IMG/VR virus record: IMGVR_UViG_3300037245_001077
Location: 64,001-128,000 of that record
Strand: one strand, 5' to 3'
Source: a virus
DNA: 64,000 bases
The number at the start of each line of letters is the position of its first letter. The stretch's first letter is position 1. This document shows positions 24,736 through 36,078 of this stretch, piece by piece. Under the pieces are notes generated by a model that was not told the DNA's origin, searched no databases, and saw nothing but the letters and a program-made list of their open reading frames with translations. The position numbers and the translations under genes are program-made.

Positions 24736-26354
24736 TTGATGGTTAACCCAGTACGACAACCAACGTCTAGATTTGAGAAGTTCCTAATGGGGCTTAAAGT
24801 TATTGTCCAGGCTCAGCCTGGAGCGCAGATGGACTTTGGAGCTAGGGGAGCTTTCCTCGTGGGCAACACCGAAGATCCATTCGTGACCAAGGGGATGAGG
24901 GACTATCTCTCCGGGCTAGGTTTCAGTGTGGATAGTGACAAGGAGATGTTCTCTTTCCAAGTTAAAAATGAGTAAGCAGGTAAAGCTAAAGCGTAACGCG
25001 CAACGGATTCATTTCAGGCGCAGGGTGTTTGAACGGTTGGGTTACGAAATCCGCCCTGAAGAAGTAGGGAGAATTAAGCAGGAGATCCGGAGTGGAACGG
25101 GGGAACTTCTTACCCGCCCAAATAAACGCTTATCACTTTGGCGCATAGAGGTTGGAAACCGAAAGGGGTTTGTGGTAGTATATGACGCTGAAACGGAAGA
25201 ACTGGTTACCTTAATGACAGATAGTATCTGGCAAGAACAAGACATGTGTAATTCACCTCACGTATCTGATAGTGCTGAGCTTAAAGGTAGCCTGTCAGAT
25301 CATCGTGGGGCTGAATCTTTGTTGGAGTTACGGAAGAAAATCGTATGAAAGGAGTATGTAATGGCGAGGAAAGCAGATGATATCAAAAAAGAGTTAGCTC
25401 GTCGTTCTTTAGAGCGAAAAGAAAGTGCTAGTAAACCTGACGTAGTAGAGAACGGTGAGGTCGAAGAGCTAGAGACAGAAATGCTTACAGATATGGAAGA
25501 GGTTCTTGAAGAGGGGGAGGAAGATTACGAAGACATCGGAGATTTCGATGCTTTAATTGATCTAGCCCACGAGGAGGGTTACGGTGCTTACTACGAGGGG
25601 CAAGAGGTAACGTCCAATCCCTACACGATGTTTGAAGATGAGGATGCTGACGCTCACAACCTGTACGTTGCTGCTTGGGAAGAGGGTTGGGTGGACGCAC
25701 ATCGAGAAGGTTGTCTCACTGACGTAGTTGTCGCTGCATACAAGCTTGTAAAGGCAGGGACAGAGGAAGAAGCCACTAAGATGTTTTCCCACTTGGAGGA
25801 AAGTCTTACTGCTCTCGGGGAAGTTTCAAATCTTGATGAGCTGGAAGAGTCTTGGGGCGAGTGAACACCTTTGAGGTTAGTAGGATAAAGACGCCTCTAG
25901 GCGTCTTTATTTTTGTGAGGAGACATGGCTCATGAGTGACGAATACACTTCGCAACAATTGCTTACACGAGCTTTGGAGCTGCTCTCGGATCAGTACAAC
26001 ATTGATATGGATACCTTTTTCTTGATCGTCACGAAGGACGCTAAGAAAGAGGATGATGGCCTACCGGGTACCCAGATTGTAGTTGGAGAGTTGGAAACCC
26101 GTGCTGTTTTGACCTTCATTATTCATGCTATCCAGCAGCTTAGTTCCGTGAATGGAGTTCCACCGTATGTGTTTATAAGCCGCCATATCCTTGGTCATTT
26201 CATCGACGAGGAAAAACAAGCTATTACTATGGCCCTTAACGCAGATACTTTTAGTGAAGATGGGCCAGAAATTAGCTTGGAAGACGAAAGAGTGGAAGCG
26301 GCTATACCCAATATGCTTGTCTACGATAAGAAGCTGATGGACAACGAAAACTAG
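24736..26354 (+). other. Hypothetical ORFs 24736-24975, 24968-25348, 25361-25864 (acidic), 25932-26354
   Basis: Co-directional ORFs with SDs; terminator hairpin at ~25886-25914. Confidence 0.55.
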
Positions 26355-26426
26355 TCTCTTATTTTTGTACCGGAGTATCTAGCAGCTCGAAAGGGCTGCT
26401 TCTGTTTATTCAATGGAGAGAACTAG

Positions 26427-28007
26427 ATGGCCGTAACCGTAACAGCAAATCTGGCATTAGCTTCTGATGCTGACACCGAGGACTCTCAAGGTTCTTGGGT
26501 TGGTAACTCTGGGGATACTGATCCTGAGGTTTATATCCAGGGTAACGGCTCCTATACCTGGCAAGCGAGTAAAAACGCTCGTACTGACTGTACATTCACT
26601 CCTACAACCAACCTAAATATGAGCGCAGCGGGCACCCACCTGTATTGGTGGGCGCAAAACGCTGTAGCAGCCTTCATGGAGCCAAAGGTTGAGACAGGAA
26701 ATGACCCCGGTTACACCCTTCGACTGACGGATGGTTCTGGAAATTACGTGGAGTGGTACGTTGCCGGAAGTGATACTTGGGGTGGTGAGTGGCGGTGTTT
26801 TGTTATAGATGTGAACGACACCACTGACATTTATGCCAGTAGCGGCACGTTACAACTGAATGATATTGCTGAGATTATGTGGCAGGTGGACATTAGTAAC
26901 TCTGGTCAAATCCGAATTATTGACAACCAATGGAACGATGTAGTCCGTTTTGGTACTGGACTAACGGCTACGGGTACAGACTTTGATCTCACAGATATAG
27001 CTGATGACGATGAATTGGACGCTAATAAATATGGCATCTTAGAGATTAAAGATGGTGTATTGTTTTGTCAGGGACAGCTTCAAGTTGGAGACGGTGCAAC
27101 AACTACCACGTTCACGAGTGCTGATGAAGTATTGGTATTTAAGGATCGTAATGCTAACGGCTCTGGAATGGTGGCATCAGGCTTCTATAAGCTCTTGTTT
27201 ACCGGTTCAGGGTTAACCGCAGATGTTGATGGGTTGGTAGCTAAGGGCGCGGGAATCCCTGATACCACTCGTTTTATCTTCGATGCGAGCGATACAGATA
27301 TAACCTCGGATATCGCTGGTTCAACGTTTATTCGGGCCTCTGCTGTTACTTTTGCTGCGGGTGACTCAATTACTAACTCGGTGTTTAACAACTGTGGGCA
27401 GGTAGTTCCGAGTACTTCCATATTTGCTAACAACACGCTGTCAAATTATGTAGGCTTAGAGGGTGGAGCATTGCTTTTCCCCACTGACGACACAAATATT
27501 GGTAGTATCACCTTCATCAATAATGATGATGGTGTTGAGTATGATGGCACTAGCGATTCTACAACTCCGACGTTTAACAATTTCAACTTTGATGACGTTG
27601 GTGGGAAGTACGATGTCAACAACACGTCTGGTGGTGCGGAGACAATTTCGATTGTTAACACCCCAACAGGTGGCGCGAACTCATACAACCCAGGTGGTGA
27701 TGTAGTTACCTTTAGTGCTGATGTGGCCTTAGTAGTCACGGTTGTGGATACTGGTGGTATTGCAGTAGTTGCGGCACAGACGGCAATTTATACGGTATCT
27801 GGTGATACTGAGCTTATGAACAAGGATACGATTGCTGGGGGTATCGCGCAAACATCATATAACTATGCTGGTGAGACTCCTGTGTATATCCGGGTTAGAA
27901 AAAGTAGTACAGGAGACACGCGATATAAGAACGCTTTTGCAGGTGGAACAATTACTGGAGATGGACTTAATGTAAGAATTACTCTCACTGAAGAGGGCGT
28001 GTCGTAA
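26427..28007 (+). CDS. Tail-associated structural protein with beta-helix-like segment
   Basis: T/G/D/N-rich, repeated 'T.S.F.NC/N' pattern. Confidence 0.6.
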   Translation: MAVTVTANLALASDADTEDSQGSWVGNSGDTDPEVYIQGNGSYTWQASKNARTDCTFTPTTNLNMSAAGTHLYWWAQNAVAAFMEPKVETGNDPGYTLRLTDGSGNYVEWYVAGSDTWGGEWRCFVIDVNDTTDIYASSGTLQLNDIAEIMWQVDISNSGQIRIIDNQWNDVVRFGTGLTATGTDFDLTDIADDDELDANKYGILEIKDGVLFCQGQLQVGDGATTTTFTSADEVLVFKDRNANGSGMVASGFYKLLFTGSGLTADVDGLVAKGAGIPDTTRFIFDASDTDITSDIAGSTFIRASAVTFAAGDSITNSVFNNCGQVVPSTSIFANNTLSNYVGLEGGALLFPTDDTNIGSITFINNDDGVEYDGTSDSTTPTFNNFNFDDVGGKYDVNNTSGGAETISIVNTPTGGANSYNPGGDVVTFSADVALVVTVVDTGGIAVVAAQTAIYTVSGDTELMNKDTIAGGIAQTSYNYAGETPVYIRVRKSSTGDTRYKNAFAGGTITGDGLNVRITLTEEGVS

Positions 28008-28087
28008 AAACAGAGGCTTAATGGCTTTATTTCATGATATGAATCGGCGTGCCCGTGCGCCATTACTAAGAACATAGGGAGGTTCCA

Positions 28088-30499
28088 ATGGCTGGAACAA
28101 TTTTGAGTGATGATTTCACCCTCTATCACAAGAGTGAAAATCGTCAGATGCGAATTGTGTGGACAGGTGGCACAGGTGAGACTGATACTCGTACCATGAA
28201 AGAGTGGTATTTAGCGTTGCAGGATTACTTCGATGAGCCTGGACGAATGGTTGAAGGCGAGCCGATGTCAGCGCAGACGCCTACTGATTACACCCTTGGG
28301 ATCATTGATCCCTTCGAGGTTGAGCCTTGGTTTGTAGATCGAACTACTATGGAGCACCTAACAGGTGGTGCGCTCCAGACTGCTAGTTGGAAGCGTACTG
28401 TGGATTCGAACACAGGAGTTATCAAGTTAACGGTGGATAATACTGACATTGTTACTGGTGATATCGGGGAAACAATCACCGGAGATGCAGACTCTGATGA
28501 AGGTGTTCTGCTTGATGTGCAGGGAACTGGTTCGGGTTCGGAGCTTTGGGTGCGACCGCTGACTAGTGCGATTGGGAATAGCTTCGACAATAATACACAG
28601 GCTCTTACGTGTAATACGAATACGGCTGTTCAGGAAGCAGATCCAGAAGATGGTGAGACTCTGTGGGCTGGTGTTTTCACGCAGGGCAACTTGGAAGATC
28701 TTACCCACATTTACGTGTACCAGGATGGTACTCGTTTGACTGAGTACAAGGATGCTTCTCCGGTTGAGGACTGGTGGGAAGATGGCCACATTGACAAACT
28801 ATACTTAGTCAAAGAGGTGGATACCCTTATTGACGAGGGCTTCATCACTGTGTTGGCGCGTCAGTTCACTACCCTTTATGCATATTGGGAAGTGGATCTT
28901 TCCGCTGGTGGAAGAAACGCGGTCCCGGTTACGACCGGACCCGACATTAACAACCTCGTTGGCTACAAGATCATTACAACTGACGCCGATCATACTGGAC
29001 CGTTCACAATCGGTGAGGAGATCACTGGCGGAACGTCGTTTGCTCGTGGGGTGGTCACTGCCTTCGTGGACGATGCGTCGATTTCTTACTACCTGATTGG
29101 TGAGTCGATTACGGTGGACTTCCAGTCTGGTGAGGTGATCACCGGGACGGATTCAACCTTCTGGGCCACTTCGAATGGTGCTCCAGGGGACGCTGGACCG
29201 GCTTCTCTTTCTGGTCTGTCGATCACACACGCTAGTAACAACACGTTTGACATTGATGAGGATGGTAACGACGAGTACTACTCTATTGTCATTGATGTTT
29301 CGAATGAGTTGGTTACATTGGCTTACCCGTGGTCGCAGTATATCCAGATGCGTGGTCAAACTGGTACAACCGATACGGATGGTGTGCCCGCTGAGGCGTA
29401 CCTGGGTACTGATTACCGGCTAGGTTACACTACACTGTCTGGATCTATTGCTGAGGGTTCTGTGGTTATTGGCGCGGAGAGTGGCGCGACCGCTACTGTA
29501 GTTGCTCACCACTTGACTCCGAAGATTCTTATTCTTCGGAATACTCGTGGAGACTTTAACCCGGCTGAGCAGGTTGATGAGGGTGGTAACAACGTGAGTA
29601 ACGTGGTACCCACCAAGCTTACTCCGGTTTCAGTTGCTCCATATGGCACCTTTGCTGGTGGCACGTGGTACTGTGCTCCTGGTGTAGTGCTTGATAACGT
29701 CAACACTAACGACACTAATAAGTGGAATACTACGGATGACGAAGGGTTCGCTAAGCAGCGTCCGACTAAGGTTCCTATTGAAATCACCAACACTCGTATT
29801 GGTGACTGGCTTGCTCTGTGGCGTTTGAAGGGTTCTGGTCTTGACATCGATATCGACGAGTACACCATTGATGGGACTCAGGGTGCAGCTCCGCAGACTA
29901 CTGTTAAAGTGGACCCGGCTATCACGCCGGATACCCCGGCAGCAGGACGAATTGTTCTGCGGGACATCTCGACTGGTGTTGAGTACATTCATCGCTACAC
30001 CTCGTGGACAGGTGATGAGTTCACCCTGTTTGGTGCAGCTTCGACTACGAATGAAAGCGCAGATGAGAATAGCATTACGGATACCGGAGCTTTCGGTTCG
30101 ACCTTGGTTGGAGATCTTGTCTGCAACACTGACCGTTCGAATCAGGTGGCCTATGTCACCGAGGTGACTTCGGCTAATGAGGTGCAGATCGCACCGCCGA
30201 TTACTGGTCAGACTAATGGGGATGCCTACGTGCTCGGCTACACAGCGGATTACACCGCTCTTGCTGTCGAGGATTACGCCTACGTTCCGTTCATGTTGGT
30301 CTATGAGACCACTGGTACTGATGGTTCACCTGGGACTGAAAGCACTGAGATAACGTACTCTGGTTCAATTCCGGTTCTGCTTCGTGCTCGTAACGCCGCA
30401 GGAACTGGTTACAACATTAAACCTTTCGCCACTGAGGTTGCTATCGGTGGAGGTGGTCTAGCTCAGGGTGTTATTCGTAACCCGGAGACAATTTCATAA
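28088..30499 (+). CDS. Large tail/baseplate structural protein
   Basis: Repeated F..GE.ITG.TS.A.A motifs; acidic and T/G-rich. Confidence 0.65.
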   Translation: MAGTILSDDFTLYHKSENRQMRIVWTGGTGETDTRTMKEWYLALQDYFDEPGRMVEGEPMSAQTPTDYTLGIIDPFEVEPWFVDRTTMEHLTGGALQTASWKRTVDSNTGVIKLTVDNTDIVTGDIGETITGDADSDEGVLLDVQGTGSGSELWVRPLTSAIGNSFDNNTQALTCNTNTAVQEADPEDGETLWAGVFTQGNLEDLTHIYVYQDGTRLTEYKDASPVEDWWEDGHIDKLYLVKEVDTLIDEGFITVLARQFTTLYAYWEVDLSAGGRNAVPVTTGPDINNLVGYKIITTDADHTGPFTIGEEITGGTSFARGVVTAFVDDASISYYLIGESITVDFQSGEVITGTDSTFWATSNGAPGDAGPASLSGLSITHASNNTFDIDEDGNDEYYSIVIDVSNELVTLAYPWSQYIQMRGQTGTTDTDGVPAEAYLGTDYRLGYTTLSGSIAEGSVVIGAESGATATVVAHHLTPKILILRNTRGDFNPAEQVDEGGNNVSNVVPTKLTPVSVAPYGTFAGGTWYCAPGVVLDNVNTNDTNKWNTTDDEGFAKQRPTKVPIEITNTRIGDWLALWRLKGSGLDIDIDEYTIDGTQGAAPQTTVKVDPAITPDTPAAGRIVLRDISTGVEYIHRYTSWTGDEFTLFGAASTTNESADENSITDTGAFGSTLVGDLVCNTDRSNQVAYVTEVTSANEVQIAPPITGQTNGDAYVLGYTADYTALAVEDYAYVPFMLVYETTGTDGSPGTESTEITYSGSIPVLLRARNAAGTGYNIKPFATEVAIGGGGLAQGVIRNPETIS

Positions 30500-30981
30500 T
30501 GAGTAGAACTACTTATGATGCTGTTGAAGCTCGTACAGTTAAAGTCTGCCGTGATGGTCATGACATTAAACTGTACTTTCGACACACTGGAATGCTCCAG
30601 GTGTTTCATAACGGTGAAATGGTTCTAGAAGATGGCCCACGTGATTACTCGGTAGCCTTGGCAAAGATCAAGGCTATCGGGATGCAATCAGAGCCTAAAC
30701 TTGAGCCTAACGATAGTGTCACGGATAGGTCCGTGCGTCGTGGGAAGAAGACTAGAACTAAGAAGGCTGTTGCGGAAAAAGCAGCGACTATGAGAGAAAT
30801 TGAGAATTGAGGTGAGGACTAATGCCTGATGAAGATGGATACACAATTGAAGACATGGAAAAATGGCAAGAAAAATCAGAATCGAATATCGCTCGGCTAG
30901 AAGAAGGAATCGAGCGTGAGCGTGAAGCCCATCGCCGCGCTCAGATCATAATTGACGATTTGAAGGCGAAGAAGGCTGAAA

Positions 30982-31719
30982 GTGACAGTTCGGAATGATA
31001 TTTGGATCGACTGGAAGGTGTCTCCTAGAATCATAACGGTGGGGGCACCTTCTGTTTTAGTCGATATCCAAGATCTTTCCGACACTATCAGAATGTTGGA
31101 AGGGTTGCGGGTTTGGGCTTTAACCCGAGATTATATTCTCGACAATGAGGGTAAATTCGATCTCGGGGCTAAGCTAACCGGTATCTCTTTGCGTCTTGTC
31201 AACGCCAAGCTTGCATTTGAGGCTCGGCTTGGTCCTGATTGGGCCGAGTGTCAAGTTTCTGGTGGCAACCTTGCAGCTACAGACAGTGGTGGTTCTGCTG
31301 TTTGGCCTATCGAATTCACCAACTACACTTCAGTAACCTTTGAGTCCGATGTTTCGGCTGCGCTGATTCCGGGCACGGGCGGTCTTACGCCTGAGCAGGA
31401 AATCGAGCTGACGACCGCTGCAACGGAGTCTACCGGTGCCCATACCGAGGCCACAGCTTCAGCCATAGACGCAGCCACAGCCGCTACAGAGGCCACAGGA
31501 GCGCATACTGAGGCTACAGCGGCTGCTATCGACGCTGCTACCGCAGCAACCCAAGCAGCTATTGCGGCTGTTGAAGCTACCCTTGCCCGAAAACTCGACT
31601 CCAACAAAGCGATTGTCTCCCTAGACGACCTTACGGCTACCATCTACGACGATGATGGCAACACAGAGCTTATTGTGTTTGATATCTCAATAGACAAGCG
31701 TCAAAGGATACCCCAATAA
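30982..31719 (+). CDS. Structural protein with Ala/Thr coiled-coil repeat
   Basis: Two 21-aa repeats TAATE.TGAHTEATA.AIDAA. Confidence 0.6.
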   Translation: MTVRNDIWIDWKVSPRIITVGAPSVLVDIQDLSDTIRMLEGLRVWALTRDYILDNEGKFDLGAKLTGISLRLVNAKLAFEARLGPDWAECQVSGGNLAATDSGGSAVWPIEFTNYTSVTFESDVSAALIPGTGGLTPEQEIELTTAATESTGAHTEATASAIDAATAATEATGAHTEATAAAIDAATAATQAAIAAVEATLARKLDSNKAIVSLDDLTATIYDDDGNTELIVFDISIDKRQRIPQ

Positions 31720-34111
31720 TGCTGCCTGGAGCTTATCCTCATTGGTTGATGGGTACGCCTAGTGTGCTACCTGAGTGGCTAGGTGTATACCGCGATGAGA
31801 TAGAAGAGGGGATACGTCTTGTCGAAGGGTACATTGTGGACCCTTGGGGCAGACCAGTTAACGGGCGGGTGACTTTCAAAAGACTGCTTCGTCAGTACCC
31901 CCCTAACGTTTATCCGGTTGAGTATGAGGCAGAGGTGGTGGCTGGTTACTACTCTATCGAGTTAGCCGATGACCGGTGGTACGACATCCTAGTTGTGGAT
32001 AAGTATGAGGAGACTATCTGGAACTACGAGGCTCCTCTTAACCCAGAGACAGATGAAGATCCAGGGTCTATTACTATAGCGGAGATGTGGATACAGTCCG
32101 GTAAATCCCCATACAACCCGGAGCTGTAGGAGAAAATATGGCTATTATTTATCGTAACATTATTGGGCTGGTTACCGATCCTCAAGGCGAATTGGCCAAT
32201 GGGGTCTTGAAAGCTAAGTTGTTACGCCCATTAGTGGATAACCTAACTTTTATCTCCCCTGAAGAGCTTCGAGTGGATATCGTGGATGGGGCGTTCACTT
32301 TGGTGTTAGCTGCACCCGCCATATACGACTTCGAGGTTATTGATACAGAGGGACAGACGTGGTGGAATTTTCAGGCTCCCCTTAACAACGATTCCGCAGC
32401 CGATATCTCGTTGGCCGAGTTGTTCTTGTTGTCAGGGGACTACGTTGAACAAACTTTTGAGACTCCTCTTCTCTCCTTCAAGGAGCTGTTAGATACACCA
32501 GGAAGTTTTATCGGGTTTGATAATCACTTCTTTGTAGCGAATGAGACTACAGGGGAAATTGATTTTCTCCTTGGGAGTTGGGAAGACCTACGGTTTCCGT
32601 TGATGGGAGAAAATGCGTACACGGTTGGTGGGCGCATTGACTATGACTATGACGAAGTGGCTTTATCCTTCCAAGATAACGCCCGGTACCCTGAAGACCC
32701 AGCGTGTGCTAGTGCTCAGTTTTCCCATGCGTGGGTGGAAGGCACTAACGTAGAGGCACATTTGCACTGGCTTCAGACAAGTGATGATGACCCCAACTGG
32801 TTACTCCAGTACCGATATTTACCCGATGGACAGGCTCCTACAGGGTGGCAACTTGCGATTCCTGATATTCCTCGGGTTTTCACCTATGTCTCAGGAACCT
32901 TGTGTCAGATAACTGCGTGGCCCACCATTAATATGACGGGTTATCTAATCAGCGACACGGTTCAATTTAGACTTTTCCGAGACACCGCAGATACAAGTAC
33001 TTTGTTCGGAGCGTCAGATATTTACACAGGAAATGCGTTGGCGATAGAGTTTGACGTGCATCACCTGAGAAATAGTTTTGGCAGCGAAACCCAGTGGACG
33101 AAATAATCGAGATGTTGAATGGCTATCGTAACAAGGCAGATAACTGGACCGATTGAGACCCCGGAGCATGAAGTTGTTACCACGGGCCTTATGCGGGTCA
33201 AGCTGTTGTATCCCATTGCAGAAGGGGATATTTTCGTCGCGCCTTTCAAACTCGAATACAACATCACGGATGGCGACCTCCCTATTACCTGTAAGCTAGC
33301 CACTCCTGGTTGGTACCAATTCAAAATTTTTGATCTTGTAGATGAGAGGGTATGGACCTTTCAAGTAATGGTCTACCCGAATGCAGGGTCTTCAATTTCT
33401 ATAGCAGAGCTTTGGTTACTTTCTCGCCTTGAGGATGGCCCGGATACCGATATCCCTCCAGAGCAAATCGATCTCTCTTTGTTTGGTTCTGATGGGGCCG
33501 CAGAAGATGAAGTGTTGACTGCTACGGGGGATGGTGGAACTGAATGGCGAATAGTGTCGGGTACTGGTTTGGGCGACATGCTCAAGTCCGTTTACGACAC
33601 AGACGATGATGGAACTGTAGACCTCGCAGAGCGAGCAACCGTAGCTGACGACTCTGACTTATTAGGCGGGATAAGTGCTGACGGGTATCAAGAGAAGTTA
33701 GACCCCGCACTGAACGAAGGTACTGTTCTGACTTGGGATGTAGCAGATACTGAGTATACCCCCAATGAAAATTTCCAGATTGCGGCTGACGGATCAATAG
33801 AAATTGGGGGTCTTGTTCTAACGGGACCGTGGTTCGGTAATGTTTTTGTGATGAATCAGGTTTATTACTTGGTAGACGCAGAGACGCATGTACTTGTGGC
33901 TCAACAAGCTGATGTCGAACTTCGTGTCCCCGACCCCGCGTTGAACGAGGGTCGAGTAATTGAGATCAAGAAGGCATCGGATGATGGTTTCGTAGTAACA
34001 ATAACGGTGGTAAATAACGCCCCAATTGATGGACAATCGACATATGAACTTACTTTTAAATACGAAGCTATCACTCTCTTAGCCGCAAATGATGAGTGGT
34101 GGATTTACTAG
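31719..34111 (+). other. Three paralogous fibre-adaptor-like ORFs (31719-32129, 32138-33106, 33119-34111)
   Basis: Shared domain G...DP.G....G....KLL.P......P.......I..G...L.....Y.F.V.D......W.F.A.......I..AEL. Confidence 0.65.
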
Positions 34112-34128
34112 AAACTTAGGAGGACGCG

Positions 34129-36066
34129 ATGTCTCATATCAAACATGTCCCAATTCCATGGGACGACTTTCTTTCTCTGGAAGATACACCAGGCAGTTGG
34201 GGGTCAGTAGGGGAGTTTGTACGGATAAATACAGGTCCAAATGGATTAGAGTTTACGTCTGACGTGGTTCAAAAGACCGGGTCTACAATGACCGACTTCT
34301 TGACACTCCATGCAGATCCGACTTCGAATTTGCACGCAGCTACCAAACAGTATGTTGATGGCGTAGCTCAGGGACTGGATATTAAAGAGTCGGTGGTAGC
34401 AGCTACAACCGCTGCTATTACCCTTGAGGATGAACAAACCATTGATGGTGTGGGAGTTGTAGAGGGTGATCGGGTTTTGGTCAAGGACCAAGATCCGGGT
34501 AACCCTCATGCTGCTAACGGTATCTACATCTGTGTTGATTCTGGCGCATGGACTCGTTCCCCGGATGCTGATACGGATGAGGAAGTTACCTCGGGTATGT
34601 TCTGTTTCGTTGAAGAAGGAACTGCCAACGGGGACACGGGTTGGGTGCTAACAACTAATGATCCGATTACGGTTGGTACAACCGCGATTGAGTTCACCCA
34701 ATTCTCGGGCGCAGGAACCTACACCAATGGTGCTGGTCTGTTGCTGTCTGGTAACGAATTTGCAGTAGACTTTGAGGATACCAACGGTAATATCGCTCCT
34801 ATTGGTACTCAGGACTCTGGTTCAAGCGACAAGGTTGCTCGGGCTGATCACGTTCACGCACACGGTGATCAAGCGGGTGGTTCACTTCACTCTGATGTTG
34901 TTGCGGCTGGTGCTGATGGTTTCATGACCGGGTCTGACAAGACCAAGTTAGATAGCATTGATACAGATGCTGAAGTCAATCAGTTTGCCTTCTCTAACGT
35001 TGATGTAGACGCGGCTACCACAGTTCTTGCTGCTGAAGCCAAAACCGATACTTTGTATGTCACAGGTGGTGCAGGAATAACCCTTACAGGTACTGAGGGT
35101 ACTGACACCTTAGATATTAAGATGACTACAGGTACCGAAGACTATGTAATGATTATGGGGGCTTCTGACCCAGGTTGGGTAGCGCACTCTTTCTTGCTTA
35201 TGTCTGACACTCCAAGTTCTTGGAATGATAATTACCGCGTTAAGGTGAATGGTACTGCTCTTGAGTTTGTAAACGATACGATTTCAAATCTTGAGGATGT
35301 TGATTCTCTTGTTGCAGACGCTTTTGCGGTTGTTAACGGGGCTGGAAACGCTGTTACGTTTGTTCCGGCTACCTCTACTCAGGGCGATATCATGTACTTC
35401 AATGGTACCACCTGGGCTGGTCTAGGTATTGGTACCGAAGACCATGTTCTGACATCGAATGGTGGGGCCGCAAATCCTGAATGGAAAACCAATCCTGCTG
35501 GTGTGACTACCTGGATCGCCCTGTCGGACGTTGACGAGGCGGACTATTCTGGGCACGGGAATTGGTTGGTTCGGGTTAATAACGGGGGCACTCCAGACGG
35601 TCTTGAGTTTGTTGATATGACGGGTGCTCCGTCCTCAGCTACGAATAACCAGACCCTCTATTGGAATGGTTCTGCCTGGACCGCGAGCAGCATTATCTAT
35701 AACGATCATGGAAACGCTGAGGTTGGTATCAATACGGCAACTCCGAACGCTACGTTGCATGTCAACGGTTCGATTTCGGCCAAGTTGATCACTCAGACTG
35801 GTGACTACGATTTGGACACGGGTACGAATAGCGATGTCTATACTATCCTGCACAATAACACTGGTCAAGATAACACCATTACTCTTCCGGCTGTGGCAAC
35901 TTACTCTGAGCGTATCTACAATATTAAGAAGATCAGTGGTCCGACCTTCAAGACTATCATTGCTACGACAGATGGGACTATTGATGGTGCTTCTACTTAC
36001 GACCTTGACCAGCAGTATGAATCGGTTACAGTTGTGAGTGATGGATCGAACTGGCACATCGTATAA
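34129..36066 (+). CDS. Tail fibre protein
   Basis: AATKQYVD, QTIDGV..GDRVLVKDQ..NGIY..GAWTR..DAD domain, GINTATP..TLHVNG. Confidence 0.8.
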   Translation: MSHIKHVPIPWDDFLSLEDTPGSWGSVGEFVRINTGPNGLEFTSDVVQKTGSTMTDFLTLHADPTSNLHAATKQYVDGVAQGLDIKESVVAATTAAITLEDEQTIDGVGVVEGDRVLVKDQDPGNPHAANGIYICVDSGAWTRSPDADTDEEVTSGMFCFVEEGTANGDTGWVLTTNDPITVGTTAIEFTQFSGAGTYTNGAGLLLSGNEFAVDFEDTNGNIAPIGTQDSGSSDKVARADHVHAHGDQAGGSLHSDVVAAGADGFMTGSDKTKLDSIDTDAEVNQFAFSNVDVDAATTVLAAEAKTDTLYVTGGAGITLTGTEGTDTLDIKMTTGTEDYVMIMGASDPGWVAHSFLLMSDTPSSWNDNYRVKVNGTALEFVNDTISNLEDVDSLVADAFAVVNGAGNAVTFVPATSTQGDIMYFNGTTWAGLGIGTEDHVLTSNGGAANPEWKTNPAGVTTWIALSDVDEADYSGHGNWLVRVNNGGTPDGLEFVDMTGAPSSATNNQTLYWNGSAWTASSIIYNDHGNAEVGINTATPNATLHVNGSISAKLITQTGDYDLDTGTNSDVYTILHNNTGQDNTITLPAVATYSERIYNIKKISGPTFKTIIATTDGTIDGASTYDLDQQYESVTVVSDGSNWHIV

Positions 36067-36078
36067 TCGGAGAGCTGT